Below are positions 1 through 16,518 of a DNA stretch of 64,000 nt, in pieces. A model generated the notes under the pieces. The model was given only the letters and a program-made list of their open reading frames with translations. It was not told where the DNA came from and ran no database searches. This DNA is from the human T2T-CHM13v2.0 reference genome, Homo sapiens. Both the position numbers and the translations under genes were made by a program. The stretch lies in assembly GCF_009914755.1 (NCBI RefSeq), contig NC_060926.1, one strand, 5' to 3'. Position 1 is the stretch's first letter. Every line of letters begins with the position of its first letter.

Positions 1-38
1 TACTGAAGAATGGCAAGTCAGAAAAATGGTAACATTCA

Positions 39-1136
<1,098 letters not shown>

Positions 1137-1249
1137 CTATCCTGGTCCTCTCCTAGCAGGTCTGCTTTCTGTGCTTTCTCTCCCTGCCCTCCTGCCTGTG
1201 CGTCCCCTCCATGAGGACCACCCTGGAATCTGACTAAACCTGTCCCCTG

Positions 1250-1555
1250 GGGTCGGGCGCAGTGGCTCACACCTGTAATCCCAGCACTTTGGGAGGCCAA
1301 GGTGGGCAGATCATGAGATCAGGAGATCAAGACCATCCTGGCCAACATGGTGAAACCCCACCCCGTCTCTACTAAAAATACAAAAATTAGCTGGGCATGG
1401 CAGCACATGCCTGTAACCCCACCTACTCGGGAGGCTGAGGCAGGAGAATCACTTGAACCAGGGAGTCAAGGGTTGCAGTGAGCTGAGATTGTGCCACTGC
1501 ACTCCAGCCTGGCGAGAGAGCAAGACTCCGTCTCAAAAAAAAAAAAAAAAAAAAA
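1250..1555 (+). mobile_element. Alu (AluSc-like)
   Basis: Full dimer with poly(A); flanking direct repeat AAACCTGTCCCC. Confidence 0.9.
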
Positions 1556-1637
1556 CCTGTCCCCATTGACACCAATCTGCTGGCTTCTCAAAAGCAGCTT
1601 ATCCAAACCCTAGCTCAAAAATCCACCCCCTCCTAAG

Positions 1638-1779
1638 AGAAAATATCTTAAAGACCTTGCGGTAGACAGAGAATTCTTAGAGATAACACACACAAACACT
1701 AACCAATAAAGGAAAAAAATGGGTAAGTTGGACTTTATTAAAAACTTCTGCTCATCAGAATACATAAGAAAATGAAAAG
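1638..1779 (+). mobile_element. Old L1 fragment
   Basis: A-rich L1 ORF2-like text (gtaagttggactttattaaaaacttctgctcatca). Confidence 0.55.
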
Positions 1780-2860
1780 TTCACTGTATCATCCTGCCTC
1801 AAACCTGCTCTTCCTCCAAGATTCTCTACCTCAGATAATGAACCCTATCCCCAGCCCAGCTCCCAATACCAGACAAATTTTTCCCTCCCCTCCAACCAGG
1901 ACCAGTTCTAGCAATTCCTTCAAGTTTGCCTCTCATTACCTCAACCCTCAGTCAAGGCCAAATGTAATGTTCTCCTACCTGGTCCTGCTTCTAAACTTCC
2001 TCTCTCTGGGGAATACTTATTGTCCTGCCAGGTTATCTTCCTAAACTATGTGTCCAATTCTCTTCCACCCCTGCTCTCCACTGGACAACGAAGCCTAAAT
2101 TTCTCACTATGGCAGGAAGACCACTGAGGATGTGACCATCTGCTTTCTAGTTCTGTCTCTTCTTGCCCATCCTCCCTAACCCCTGCACCCTAGTTACCAG
2201 ATCTCTTACTACTCCCTAAACAACCCAGAAGTCATGCCTCCTTCTCTTTGCCCTCAGTAGTTCCTTTTCCTGAAATGCCTTCCTCCTCTTTAACACTTTT
2301 TTATTTGTTTGTTTATAATTTATTGAGATAGTATCTCACTCTGTCACCCAGGCTGGAGTCCAGTGGCATGATCATGGCTCACTGCAGCCTCGACCTCAGC
2401 CTCCTGAGTAGCTGGGACCATTGGTGCACAACACCATGCCCAGCTAATTAAATATTTTTTTTGTAGAGAGTGGGTCTGGCCATGTTGCCCAGGCTGCTCT
2501 TGAACTCCTGGGCTCAAGCAATCCTCCCACTTTGGTCTCCCAAAGTGCTGGGATTACACTGCACCCAGCCTCTTTTGCACTTACTGAAATTCTCAAAGGA
2601 TGCCTGCCTCCTCCAGGAAGCTTTCCTGGAGTCCTCCAGAAGCTGCTCTCATGCTCCTTTATGCTTCATGTTGGGCTCTTTACACAGGAGCACAGAGCAA
2701 GCCCCACGCTCTGACTGCCACTGAGGCTTGTTGGAAACATTCCTGCCTCCTCCACTTGACAATGTGTGCCTCTGGGACAGGGACTATATCCAATTGGTCT
2801 CCCCCTACCCCGCCACTAGCATAGTATCATGTTTATTTACCAAGTACTGAATTACTAAGC
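1780..2860 (+). mobile_element. Degenerate L2, interrupted by a minus-strand AluJ (about 2297-2570)
   Basis: Pyrimidine-rich L2-like motifs (cctgaaatgccttcctcc; ctcctccaggaagctttcc) on both sides of the Alu. Confidence 0.55.
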
Positions 2861-3437
2861 AATCAGTAGTAAGTACTGAGGTCCATTAACTCCTTTAACG
2901 AGTGTACTGGCCTCTTAATAAAGCGGCAGAGGGCTCTGGCAGACCACCCCATATGTGAACATCCCACGGCCTCCCTGACAAGCAGTCTGGTTTTTAAAGC
3001 AGAGAGAACATTGGCTATTATATTTTCTGCTTTGTCAGCCCCATAGACAGTGCTATGGGAAAAACTTTGAGGCACTCTAGACTCCAAACTCCTAGAGGAT
3101 TTCTTTGACCACCTCCCTTAGGACCCCACTCCATGCCCTTCCCCCACTGTCCCTGCCAAGCAGTCCTGTTCAGGTCAATGGCGGTACACTGCCTCTCCCT
3201 AGGCACCGCCTTCCCTGAGGCCCTTAGGCAGGGCTAGGGAGTTGCTCGCACAGTCCTTCCCTTAGTATTTCTAAAACAACCCTGCCCTGGCTACAGCACA
3301 ATTCATTCATTTACCTACCAACCTCTCACAGGGGAGGGTAGAATTCTGACTTGCCTTTAAATTTGCTTCCTTAGTGTCTAGAAAATGTTGGAACATAGTA
3401 GACACCCAGACACACAAGGTGGTATCTTAAAGACTGA

Positions 3438-4113
<676 letters not shown>

Positions 4114-4888
4114 AAAAAGAGTTTTTATAAGGATGCTTCATGTATGTGCCTTTAGAAGAGACGTATATGCGAGGTCTGAGAATTCACTCAAATATTTAAT
4201 TTAGAATTTATGTACAAGGTAATCTAGGTAATAAAGAGAGTGCAGATCATGATTCCAGTCTCACCCCCCAACCTGCCGTGATGGAATTTTAGAATCTCTG
4301 GGGTCATCTCATCTATTTCTGTCGCATTATAAACCAGGAAACTAAAATGCCGAAAGCAGAAAGACCTCCTCACATCCATAGCTAAGGAGGGGCAGAAGCT
4401 GAGACGAGAAACCAGGCCTCCCAAATCTCATTCCAACATTTTCTTAATCCAGTTTCACAACATCATCCACATGGTCATGAAAAAACAGCAATTCAAGGGC
4501 AAGGGTTCAGGACCACATGAGTAGAGCAGGGAGGGGTGGTCGGGGAGGCTGAAAGGGACCTGAGCCTCCTGGCAAAGAGGCATGGGGAGCAGCCCCAACA
4601 ACTGCAGGCCGGGGGCGGGAAGAGCATGCGGCAGGCTGGAAAGCCGGGCCAGCTCTCTCCCTCTCTTCTAAATGCATTCTTCAATTTCATGACAATTTCC
4701 AAGCCAGGAAACCAGGAAAACTGGGAGTGTAGGTTAGTCATTTGGGTACACAACAGAAGCAACACGAGATTTGGAGTCTAGTTTTGCCCATTGGGCCACT
4801 CCATCAGGATACCCATGTGGCCGCAACCTACTTACCTAGATAAATCTTAATTTTCTAATAGCAAAATACAGGTTAAAAAAATACTTCT

Positions 4889-5208
<320 letters not shown>

Positions 5209-6009
5209 TTAGGATTGTGGTGAAAGCTAATGCTCCTGGCATAGTGCCTGATGTAAAGTAGGTGCTCAGTGAAGTTCAACACCCTTTCCCTGGTTCAGGC
5301 TTTGCTGTGGCCAGGAGTTGGCCCTGGGCCAGCAACTAGTCACCTACCCCACCCTGCCTCTTTTTTTCTCACCACTAAAAAGTAGGGGTTGTTCTAAGAG
5401 CTGTTCTCTCTGTGCCCCAGAAGTGAAGACTCTGGTGCGCAACCAACCCATCTACTTAAAGGACAATGGGGAGTCCCTCTGTGGCAACTTTAGTAGCCTA
5501 TGGTAAAGGCCAGCCCTCGAAGTCACTACTGCTTACAGGCTGTCATGGGAGCCTCTAGAACTTGTTCAGCCTTGGGTAAAGTATACTTGCTGTGCCTACT
5601 CCAAACATCATCATCTCCTTCAAGGGTGATGTTATTTTTGAGGCCACGCTGCAAAAGGTCAGGTAGGGCAAATAAGTGAGGAATGTCTTCCAGTCCAAAT
5701 GCTCTAAAACTGCTTCCCATACAGTTGGCTAATAATTTGTTTTGAGCCTTTACTGGTCTACTTTGCACTTCCATTTCTCCTGAACTAGACTAAAGCCCAG
5801 GAGATCACACCTTATTATCTCCTCCTTCCCATAGCCCCTAGCACAAGGCCCCTTTACTTAGTAGGTGCTGAGTGACTGCTTATTAAATGGAATATGACAC
5901 AGCATGGGGGACCTTCTGGACATTCATGGCCTGCTCTCCTCAGGGCAGACAGGAAGCACAGTCTGTTGAGACTGCAGGGTTGTAAAGTCAGAGGAGGCAA
6001 CATTTGCTA

Positions 6010-7030
6010 AGCTCATAGAAGCAGCAGCACAAATGGCCAATAAACATAGGAAAAGATGTTCAACCTTATTATCTGGGAAATGCCAATTAAAAGCATAACA
6101 AGATACTATTTTCCCACCCATTTGACTAGCAAAATATTGATGTTGGCAAAGGTCTTCTCATACCCTGTTCACAGAAGCATAAATTGGAGTGCCCTTTTTA
6201 GAGGGCAGTTTGGCAGATGTCATAAAATGTAAAATGCACATTCCCTTCAGCTAGGCCTTTTTCTTTCTAGGTATCTGTCTTAGAGAAACAGATGCACAAA
6301 GAGGTATGACTAAGGATGTTCACCGCTGCAATGCTAAACAGTAAAATATCATAAACAACATAAATGGCCACCAATAACAGAATGGCTAAATAAAACCATG
6401 GGAATCCACATGGTGGAATATAATAGTAATTACGTGGCTAGATTGCACAGACTTATTGGAAGTCAAAAACCAAGCTGTAAAATGAAACTACAGTGTGGTT
6501 CCATTTGTGTAAAAAGAACAGGAAAAAAAGAACCCCTGAAGCAAAATTATATATTTACACGCATACACACGGATAGGAAAAAATCATGACGTTACACCAA
6601 ACTGATAGCATCAAGTATTTCTGGTGAAGGAATTAAATTTTCAGGCCAGGTGTGGTGGCTCATGCCTGTAATCCCAGTACTTTGGGAGGTGGAGGCAAAA
6701 GGACTGCTTGAGCCCAGGAGTTCAAAGCCAGCCTGGTCAACATAAGGAGACCCCCATCTCTACAAAAAATTTAAAAATTAGCCAAGTGTGGTGGCACATG
6801 CCTGTGGTCCCAGCTACTCAGGAGGCTTAGGTGGGAGGATCACCTGAGCCAAGAAGTTGAGGCTGCAGTGAGCCATGATCATGCCATTGTACTCCAGCCT
6901 GGCCAATGGAGCAGGACCCTGTCTCAAAATAAAATTTTGGGGTGGCAAGTTTGGGCGGACTTTTTCACAAGAATGTATTTGTGTAATACTTATGTAATTT
7001 AAAATACTTTCTAAAAAATTATAAAGTTCC
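6010..7030 (+). mobile_element. Old L1M 3' fragment interrupted by an AluJ (6644-6934)
   Basis: L1 3' motifs (aaatggccaataaacatag..gatgttcaacc; aaataaaccatgg..atccaca..tggaata). Confidence 0.7.
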
Positions 7031-8390
7031 TATTATATGCTAGCTCTGTGCTAGGAGCTTTAAATGTTGTGTGTTGTCCACACAACTCTGAGATAAGAAT
7101 TGTTCATTCATTCAGCACACTTTCACCCTGCACCTCCCACATGCCAGCCCTGGGGGCAGGGGGTGCCCAGAATGCCTGTATTGAACGAGCTTAAATGCAG
7201 AAATGGGTAGAGGCAGAAAACAAGCTGGCGAGTGCTGCTGTCATGGAGATGCAGAGTACAGCCAAGTCCATCCACAGAGGAGGAACCTCAGCTGGGGTAC
7301 AGGGTAAGTGATGCCTAAGGTCCCACACCCAGTAAGTGGGACCTTTCTTAAGGCAGTATTTGAACTTGCCTCCAAAGGTCGCAGTAAACAGCAGCCAACC
7401 CTTAAGGTCCATGAAGGCTCTGCTATCTGCTGGGCAGCCCTGGGCGGAGGGAGTGGGTTGTATCTCAGTGTGGCGAGGGAAGGGAGGAGAGACTATGATG
7501 TTCCAGTCACAGATGTTTCATTATCACTATTCAATATTATTAAGCATCTAATAAGTATAAGGATGCATGAGTCAAGGGTCCCTACCTTCAGGTCGGAAGC
7601 AGGAAAGAGACCAGATCCTAGAACAATAGGACATGGTACCCGCTGCCTAGACGGAATTTAGAATCCGGCTGGGGTGAAGAGATTAATGAGCGAGTCATGC
7701 CATCAATGTGCTGTAACTGAGTCCTAAAACCACCAGCCGCGACACAAACTGGAGTGAGTGGCTTCCCAGGCGAGATGACCGCCCAGCTACTGACCCTGGG
7801 TCTCTGTGCTCATCTGCCTTGCAGAGCTACAGGGAGGGCTAATGAAGCGAGAGGCCCTTCCTAACCCTCAAGCCCTCCATCAGAGTGCATTTTGCTCTGA
7901 GAATTAGAAGGAAGAGGAGCTAAGGGAGTGCCTTCCTTTGGGAGGAGGAACTGCCCTACCCTGCCCTCCCCACAGCCCTGGCCAGCTCTGCCAGGCCAAG
8001 GAAGGTTCTCCTCAGCTCAGAAGCCTGGTGAGAATGGCAGGAATACAGGATGGAGGAGACTCTGGCCCCCCTTTACCCATGGAGGCTGTCCATACCAGTC
8101 CCCATGCCATCCTCCAGGTACACCTGTCAGCACCCCTGGAAAAACCACCTCGAAATCAAGTGTGTGGGCCCTTGTCATGGTGGAAATCTAAGATCTCATG
8201 TTCCCAGAGAAGTGGTCCCACATTCACCTACCTCCCAACTGCTTAGCCAGCCAGCAGGTATTCACTGGGCCTGTTCTCCCTGCCCATTGCATTAGGCCAG
8301 ACAGAGGAAGATGTGATCAACACATAAGAAACAGTGAAAAATACCCTGATGAAATATGATTGAGTGCTAAGTAATATTAACCGTAAGGAC

Positions 8391-8694
8391 AGTCTGAGTG
8401 CAGTGGCTCATGCCTGTAATTCCAGTACTTTGGGAGGCCAAAGCAGGCGGATCACTTGGGGTCAGGAGTTCGAGACCAGCCAGGTCAACATAGCAAAACC
8501 CCATCTCTACTTAAAATATAAAAATTAGCTGGGTGTGGTGGTGCGTGCCTGTAATTCCAGCTACTGGGAAGGCTGAGGCGAGGCACGAGAATCACTTGAA
8601 CCTGGGAGGTGGAGGTTGCAGTGAGCCAAGAGACTGCACCACTGCACCCCAGCCTGGGAGACAGAGTGAAACTGTCTCAGACAAACAAACAAAC
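8391..8694 (+). mobile_element. Alu
   Basis: Full dimer with (CAAA)n tail. Confidence 0.88.
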
Positions 8695-10209
8695 CCCAGT
8701 GAGGGTTACAGGGATTCAGGGAAGGGAAGAGGTCATTGTGGACTGGAGAAATCTTGGAAACCTTCCTGGAGGAGGCAGCAGCTCTTGGCCTCAACCCTGA
8801 AGAATGGACTGGGGAAATCACAGCAGGAACGATGACAGGAAGGAAGGAAGGAGCATGGCAATGTCCCTTCCTAGGGGACACCCTTCTATTAGAGGACTGT
8901 AGTGAAAGTGGGGTGGGCTGATTGTGGAGGTCGAAGGGTTGAAGACTTGAGAAATAGCCAGAGGGTATCTGACATGATGGGGGAGACAATGGGGAGCCAT
9001 TGGAGGTTCTATGGCAGGGTGTGATCATGATTAAAACAGAGCTTAGTCCTTACAGGACTAGTAAGCAGGTGAAGGAACAGCAACAGGAGATGGAACAGAC
9101 AGAAGACAACAACTTCCTTCCCAGCTCCAGCAGGAATTCTCACTTCAGCCTCAGGGACTGCAGAAATGTCTCATTTTCCCCGTTCACTTATTTTCCATTT
9201 CTTTCATTTTGTGACATTCTGAGTCGTCTTAAATCTTGGGGGAGGGAAAGCCTGAAGGGGGTAATCTGGGAGAGGCTCACTCAGTAACTGTGGTCCAACA
9301 AGGGTGGGCAAGGAGAAGGAAGTTAAGCTGGGGAGTGCGTTCCCAGGGAAGAAGCCCCCCAGGTGGGGCACACAGCCTAGGGGAAGGGCTGGTGCAGCCT
9401 GGGGTCTGGTGGCAGCTCCTCCTTCTGGCCCCTGCCCCACCTTCCAGCCACATTTCCTAGCTGCTTTCTGCCCACACCCGCTGTGCACCACCACAACAAA
9501 CTCCCATTCCTGAAAAGCCCAAGTGTCTTGTGCCTCGAGAGGTATGTGCCTGCTGTATTCCTCCCTCTGAAATGCCTTCCTCAGCCCTCCCCTAAATTCC
9601 AGTTCAACCGTCAAAAGCCAGAAGCCACCCCTGCTGATGCGTAGATGACCCCAGGCAGCATTCGTCTACGCCCCATTCAGGGCAGCTCTTTCTGCAGGTG
9701 CTATGAGCCCTCATCCTATCATGGGAAAACTAGGAATCCTCTATGCCTCTGGTAGTCCCAGTATCTTACATGTCACTCAGCTGTGGAGGCTTCTGGAAAC
9801 CGGCTCAGTAAAGGTGCCCTGAATGAAAGGTTGCAGGCGTTGCATTCTGAGATTAGGAAGCGCTGGCTGGCCCTTCAAGTGATATTGCCTGGGGAACAGC
9901 TGGAGCTGGGTCCTGAAGGCTGGGTGGTTTGTCAGGAGGGGAGGTGCCTTTTTTGGGAGGAGGAGGGTACTTGGATCTAGGAGGGTGGGTAAGGGGTCAG
10001 TGGATCAACACTGGCAGAGGGTGGGGGGTGGAGATCTGGGGATGCAGCTAACAGAGGTTGCCGCTTGAGATCAGCTGAAGGAGGTGGGGAGGAACCTGCA
10101 GCGGCCTTGGGAAGGCCCAGGGAGGCAGTTTCAGAAGGGCTCAAATGTCAGAGAGCAAAATGAGACTGAGAAAAGAGGAGAAATGTCTGTGCTGTTGTTA
10201 CACCACTTA

Positions 10210-10725
<516 letters not shown>

Positions 10726-11252
10726 AGGCCTGATAGCAACAGCTACTACTCTTGAGTCTGAGGGCGACTTGGGAATCTTGAAAGCTACCTGTGTTTTCCC
10801 CATTCTTGATACCTGCATCTAGCCCCTTCCTAACCCCAGGCATAGCCCAGGAGGAGACTGTGTGACAGTCAGGGCCTGGGCCCCACATTGGAATAGGAAA
10901 CGTAAATTCTAATTCCATTCTAGTCCTGTTCCCAATTCTTCATTGGGAGCTTGTGGCCAGTTATAAAACTCGGTAGCCCCAAGTCCCCTAGTCTGAAAAT
11001 GAGATCAGTAGTTCTAAAACTTGTACTGGAATTCATGGATTCTTTAATTACAGCATAGGAATAAGGAATAATGTTATTAGCAGAAAATATATTTTGTTTG
11101 GAGATCTCCACATTGCAAGTCAAGTGTACTAAAGTCTTTTAAATTAAATCAACATTTTGGTTTTTCTAATAATGCCCACTGCTACCTTCATTGGTTGGGA
11201 GTGGGGATGCAAATGCCAAGGGTTGAAGACTTACTAGAAAATCTTTTGATAA

Positions 11253-11639
<387 letters not shown>

Positions 11640-12018
11640 AAAAAAGTCTTTTTAAATTTTAGTAGAGACCTAAAATTGAGAAAATGTATCTATGATCTAA
11701 TTTTTCCTGGGAGTTGAGGAAAGAACCCTTTTTTTCACTGTAACTGAGGGCAGGCCTCCATACTGCTTCTTCAAGGGAGCAGAGTTTGAGAATCATGGAA
11801 TTTCTGAAAGTTCTTCCGGTTCCTAAAAGTCATAGTCTAAGCTTCTTGCCCCAGGGCTAAATGAGAACAGAAACACTTCGCTCACAGAACCAGGAGCTAA
11901 AAAGCAAAGCCCCTGTTTCTGGGTTGCGGGGAACCCAGGAGTGCAGCGACTGACTTGGAGAGAAGAGCCCCATTCCTGAATTTCCACCCCAAACACAACA
12001 TTCCACGCACAGGGGTAA

Positions 12019-12751
<733 letters not shown>

Positions 12752-12999
12752 CTGTTCTGCACTTTCTCTAGAGAAAGCTCTCACACAAAGGCGAACAGAC
12801 AAACAGGGCCGCCTTCCCCTGGAGGCCTGGGGTAAAGACGAAATGAGAGCTGAGTTCACGTGAAGTGCCCCACGTGGTGGCAGTTTCCTCTCTTTTCCTG
12901 TGCAGCTAGGTCACCACCCACTTCTCTTTGTACCCAGTTCTCTACTAATCAAACATACAAGACAGCTCAAAAATTGTGCGTGGCGAGTTGATTTCCCTC

Positions 13000-14158
13000 C
13001 TCAGTCTTTCAGCCTCCATTTTCTCACCTCTCTGCATGGCTGAAGCCCTCCACGGGCTGTTCCCACCTCCCCGACCCCCACAGAAGCTTCTCTATAAAGT
13101 CACCAGCTCCTTTCCAGGTTGTCCAACGCCATGGGCATGTCTCAGTGAATTCAGCTTTCCCTAGGGCTGGGCAGCCACCCTCTGGGAAAACCCCGTGCTT
13201 CCCCAGACACCGCTCTGTACTGCTTTCTCCCTCAGTCCCTACTGCCTGCCACTCCTCCTCTCCATGTGGCCCAGAAATGTCGGGGTTTTCATGGACATGT
13301 TCTGAGACTTCGTCTCTCCTCCTTCTCCCCTTGCTGAGCCCTTAAGTTCCCATGGATTTAAATGCCAGGGTTCTGCTCTCAAATCCCACCTCTGTCGCCC
13401 GTACTTCCCTACAGCCCAGACTCCAGGCACCTGGCATCTCACACGGAGCCCTCAATTCCCACCTGTCCCAAACTCATCCTCCCCTGGGTCTTCCCATCTG
13501 AGCAAATGGCACAACCATCACCAGGTGTTCAGGCCAGACCCCTGTGAGTCCTCCTTGAGTCCACCAGTTCCCCTCCCTGCCGGTCCATCAGCAAGCCCTA
13601 GCTATTCTAGCTCCAAAATACACCCCAAAGCTCTTCTCTGTCTCCACTGCTGCCTCTCAAATCCACATCACATCCTTCCTGTGCACAGAAACCTTCTATG
13701 GCTGCCCAGTATTGTCAGAAGTAAGCCAGCTTTTGGGCAGACTCTGCAGGTCTCCAACTGATGTGTGGAGCCCCGCCTGCCTCTCTGGCTGCATCTGGCC
13801 CTTTCTCCTTTGCCATTTCACCCTGGCATACAGTTTGCCAAACAAGTCAAGGCCTTGCTGGTGCTGTTTCCTCTGCCTAGAACACTCTCCCTGACCCCAC
13901 TCCTCACAGAGCCAGCTCTTCGGTTCCTTCAGACCTTAACTGAAATGCCACCTCCTCCAAGAAGCCTGTCTTGACCACCCCAACTAAAGCAGGCCTCTGC
14001 TATCTTCTATTTCAGCCCCTTGTTTCTTTATGTTCTGCCTGTCTCCCCCATCAGAATGTCAACTCCATGAGAGCAGGAACCGTATACGCCCAGGGTCTAG
14101 TACACAGCCAGGTATACAGTAAGTGTTCAATAAGCATCTGCTGAAGGAGCAGATGAAC
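13000..14158 (+). mobile_element. L2 3' portion
   Basis: L2 3'-end motifs (gaatgtcaactccatgagagcagg; cagtaagtgttcaataagcatctgctgaa). Confidence 0.65.
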
Positions 14159-14292
14159 CAGTCATCATGACTAGAGATTAAGAGGCTCCCAGTAAGTTCT
14201 AAGGGTTAGCCTGAAGGGGAAACTGAGGCCCATCACTTCTGGTTTTCCAGTTCTGCAGGACGGGCTGGGGCCCAGGCCAGAAGGCGCCTCAC

Positions 14293-14439
14293 CTCCCTTT
14301 TCCAGCGTGCCAGCCACTCGTCCCGCTTGCGCTTGCTGATGTAGTAGGGGTCCCCCGCCTGGAAGGTGAGCCTCGGCATGGGCCGCTGACGGAGGCTGGA
14401 CTCCCAGCCCAAGCCACCCCGCAGCCGGCCCCGGGAGCC
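14293..14439 (-). CDS. DNMT3A: DNMT3A exon 6, aa 165-213 ([49 protein letters not shown]), bulk of the ubiquitin-dependent recruitment region
   Basis: Acceptor ctgtctctctgtcctag|GGC, donor GAG|GTGAGG, 147 nt, phase 0-0. Confidence 0.97.
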
Positions 14440-14851
14440 CTAGGACAGAGAGACAGACATTAGGGCATTAGGGTGGGCACTGACGGACCCACCAAGGAGG
14501 CACTCGCCTCAAACACAATGTGGACACTGGCTCCTGGCCAGAGAGGGCACCCCTGGGAGTGCTGGGCAGGCCCCGTGTGGGCTGGAGGAGCGAGGGGCAT
14601 GTGTGGCGGGGGTGGGGGGGCACATGGACACGGCCACAGGCCACGAAGGGAGGCGTCTGGCCTCTGGAGGGGGATGAGCCGGCTGCCTTGTTGGGGGACT
14701 TCCAACCTCCACGCCCACTTCCTCTCCTTCCCACAGAGGGATGTGTAAAGAAGGAGGAGGGGCCCACCCTCCGCCCCCTCACACACACTCGCCACCCGTG
14801 TCCTTCTTCTAGAATCAGGATCCACAGAGCCCCTGGGGGTGGAACACTTGC

Positions 14852-14895
14852 CTCCATTTTCATGGATTCGATGTTGGTCTCCTTCTGTTCTTTGC
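14852..14895 (-). CDS. DNMT3A: DNMT3A exon 5, aa 150-164 (GKEQKETNIESMKME)
   Basis: Acceptor cttccctctccacag|GC, 44 nt, phase 1-0, non-canonical donor GAG|GCAAGT. Confidence 0.96.
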
Positions 14896-16468
14896 CTGTG
14901 GAGAGGGAAGAACAAAGGGACCAGTTCGTTGGTCGGCAGAATTACTGGAGTGGCTCACAGGCCCCACCTTGTGCCTGGGGTCCCTGCCACAGGGGATGGG
15001 GGTCCTCTGGCCGTTTAGCTGTTCATGTGTTAAATATGATGGCCCACCACATGCCAGGCACAGTGCTGACCCTGAGGACCCAGCAGGGCCTAGGGCAGAG
15101 AAAGAACTCGGGCAGGGGCAGGCCTTGAGGCCCAGGCAAGAGGGAACACGAGGAAATTCAGAGCTGGGTTTCTGGCCTGTCAACTCTGTCTCAGGTACAC
15201 AGAAGGGGACTAAAAATACCCCCATTCTGCTGCTCCCAGTCAAGAGACCTCCTTCCCCAAAGGAGGAGCAGGAAGGCAGAGGGGGTGCGGAAGGAGGAGG
15301 GGGTGCAGGAAGGCCTGGGCCAGAGGGCCAGCCTGAGCGGCCTCCCTGGCCCTGCAAGGGAGTGTTTGCAGAGGCCTTCTGGGCATAAGGGCATGTACTG
15401 GGGGGCGGTGGGTACCGGGCCAACTGGAACAAGACCCCGGTGAAGCAACTTCCTCTCTACGAGACTCAGTTTCCTCATCTGGAAAATAAGGATGCTGGAT
15501 GCGATTTCCAAGGTCCGCCTGCAGGTCCAAATATTATGATTCTATTACTAATCTCATTCTCCGTCCCTCCACTCCCTGCCCCATGCTCAGGCCCCTGAGC
15601 TCAGCCTTTAATCTAGAAGACTTGAGTTTGGATTCCAGTGTGACCTCTGTAACCTCTCCTGGCCTGTTTTCCCACTGAATCAAGGTAGATAAATGTTCTA
15701 AAATCATTAGGTTATGGTGAGCATTAAGTGCCTACTGTGGGGCCTGGCATACTGTAGGTGCTCAATACATGTTAGTGTGGTTCTCCTTCCCTAAGGATTC
15801 ATTTCCTCTACTGGGCCCTGATTCCAGGTCCTGGCAGGGAAGTCTCAATTTCCCTATTGAGACCTTGCCCTCTCCCTGTGCTTCTCCAAGCCCCCAGCAT
15901 GAGGGGAGCTGCGCTCCTCCCAGGCATCCCCCTGCACTCCCCACCAGGTCCTCACCACCCTTTCCAGGCACCCCTTCCAGGCCCAGCGCCCCGGAGGCTG
16001 CGGGGCTGGCTGATTCTGCCTCCCATAGCTTCTTGCTGGAGGTGGGGAAGTGAGCCCTCCTTCCACCTGGGCCCCTGAGCTTCTTTGTCGGGAACCGACA
16101 GCGTATCGGGCCTGGGCCCACTGCAGGAAGGTCACTAAGGCTGGCTCATGGTAGCTTGGGGTGGGGGGAGACAAAGAGCCTGAAACGGAAAAAACAGCCC
16201 CGACTTCATCTCCTGGCTGTGAAGCGGAAGCCAGCCACAGTGTTCACGCCGCGGGTCCTCAGCCCGGGAGGCCACTCCCTTCCCTCGTGACAGGGGGGTC
16301 CTGGACTGGTTTTGGGCTGACCCCGGGCGCCCAGGACAGCGCTGTCCTCCGTGGTTCTGTCCCTGGTGACAGCGACTCCCGCTAGCTAGGCCCGGGAGCA
16401 CCAGGGGGAGGGAGGCAGGAGGGCCACCGTGGGTGCGGGCCTGGCGCCGGGCTCAGCCCGCGGGGGCC

Positions 16469-16518
16469 GCGTGGGCGGGGACGGGGCGTCTTGTCGCGGG
16501 CACCTGTGCGCGTGGGCG
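16469..16518 (+). promoter_or_regulatory. Two EGR1-type sites overlapping Sp/KLF GC boxes
   Basis: GCGTGGGCG at 16469-16477 and 16510-16518, each running into GGGCGG. Confidence 0.55.
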
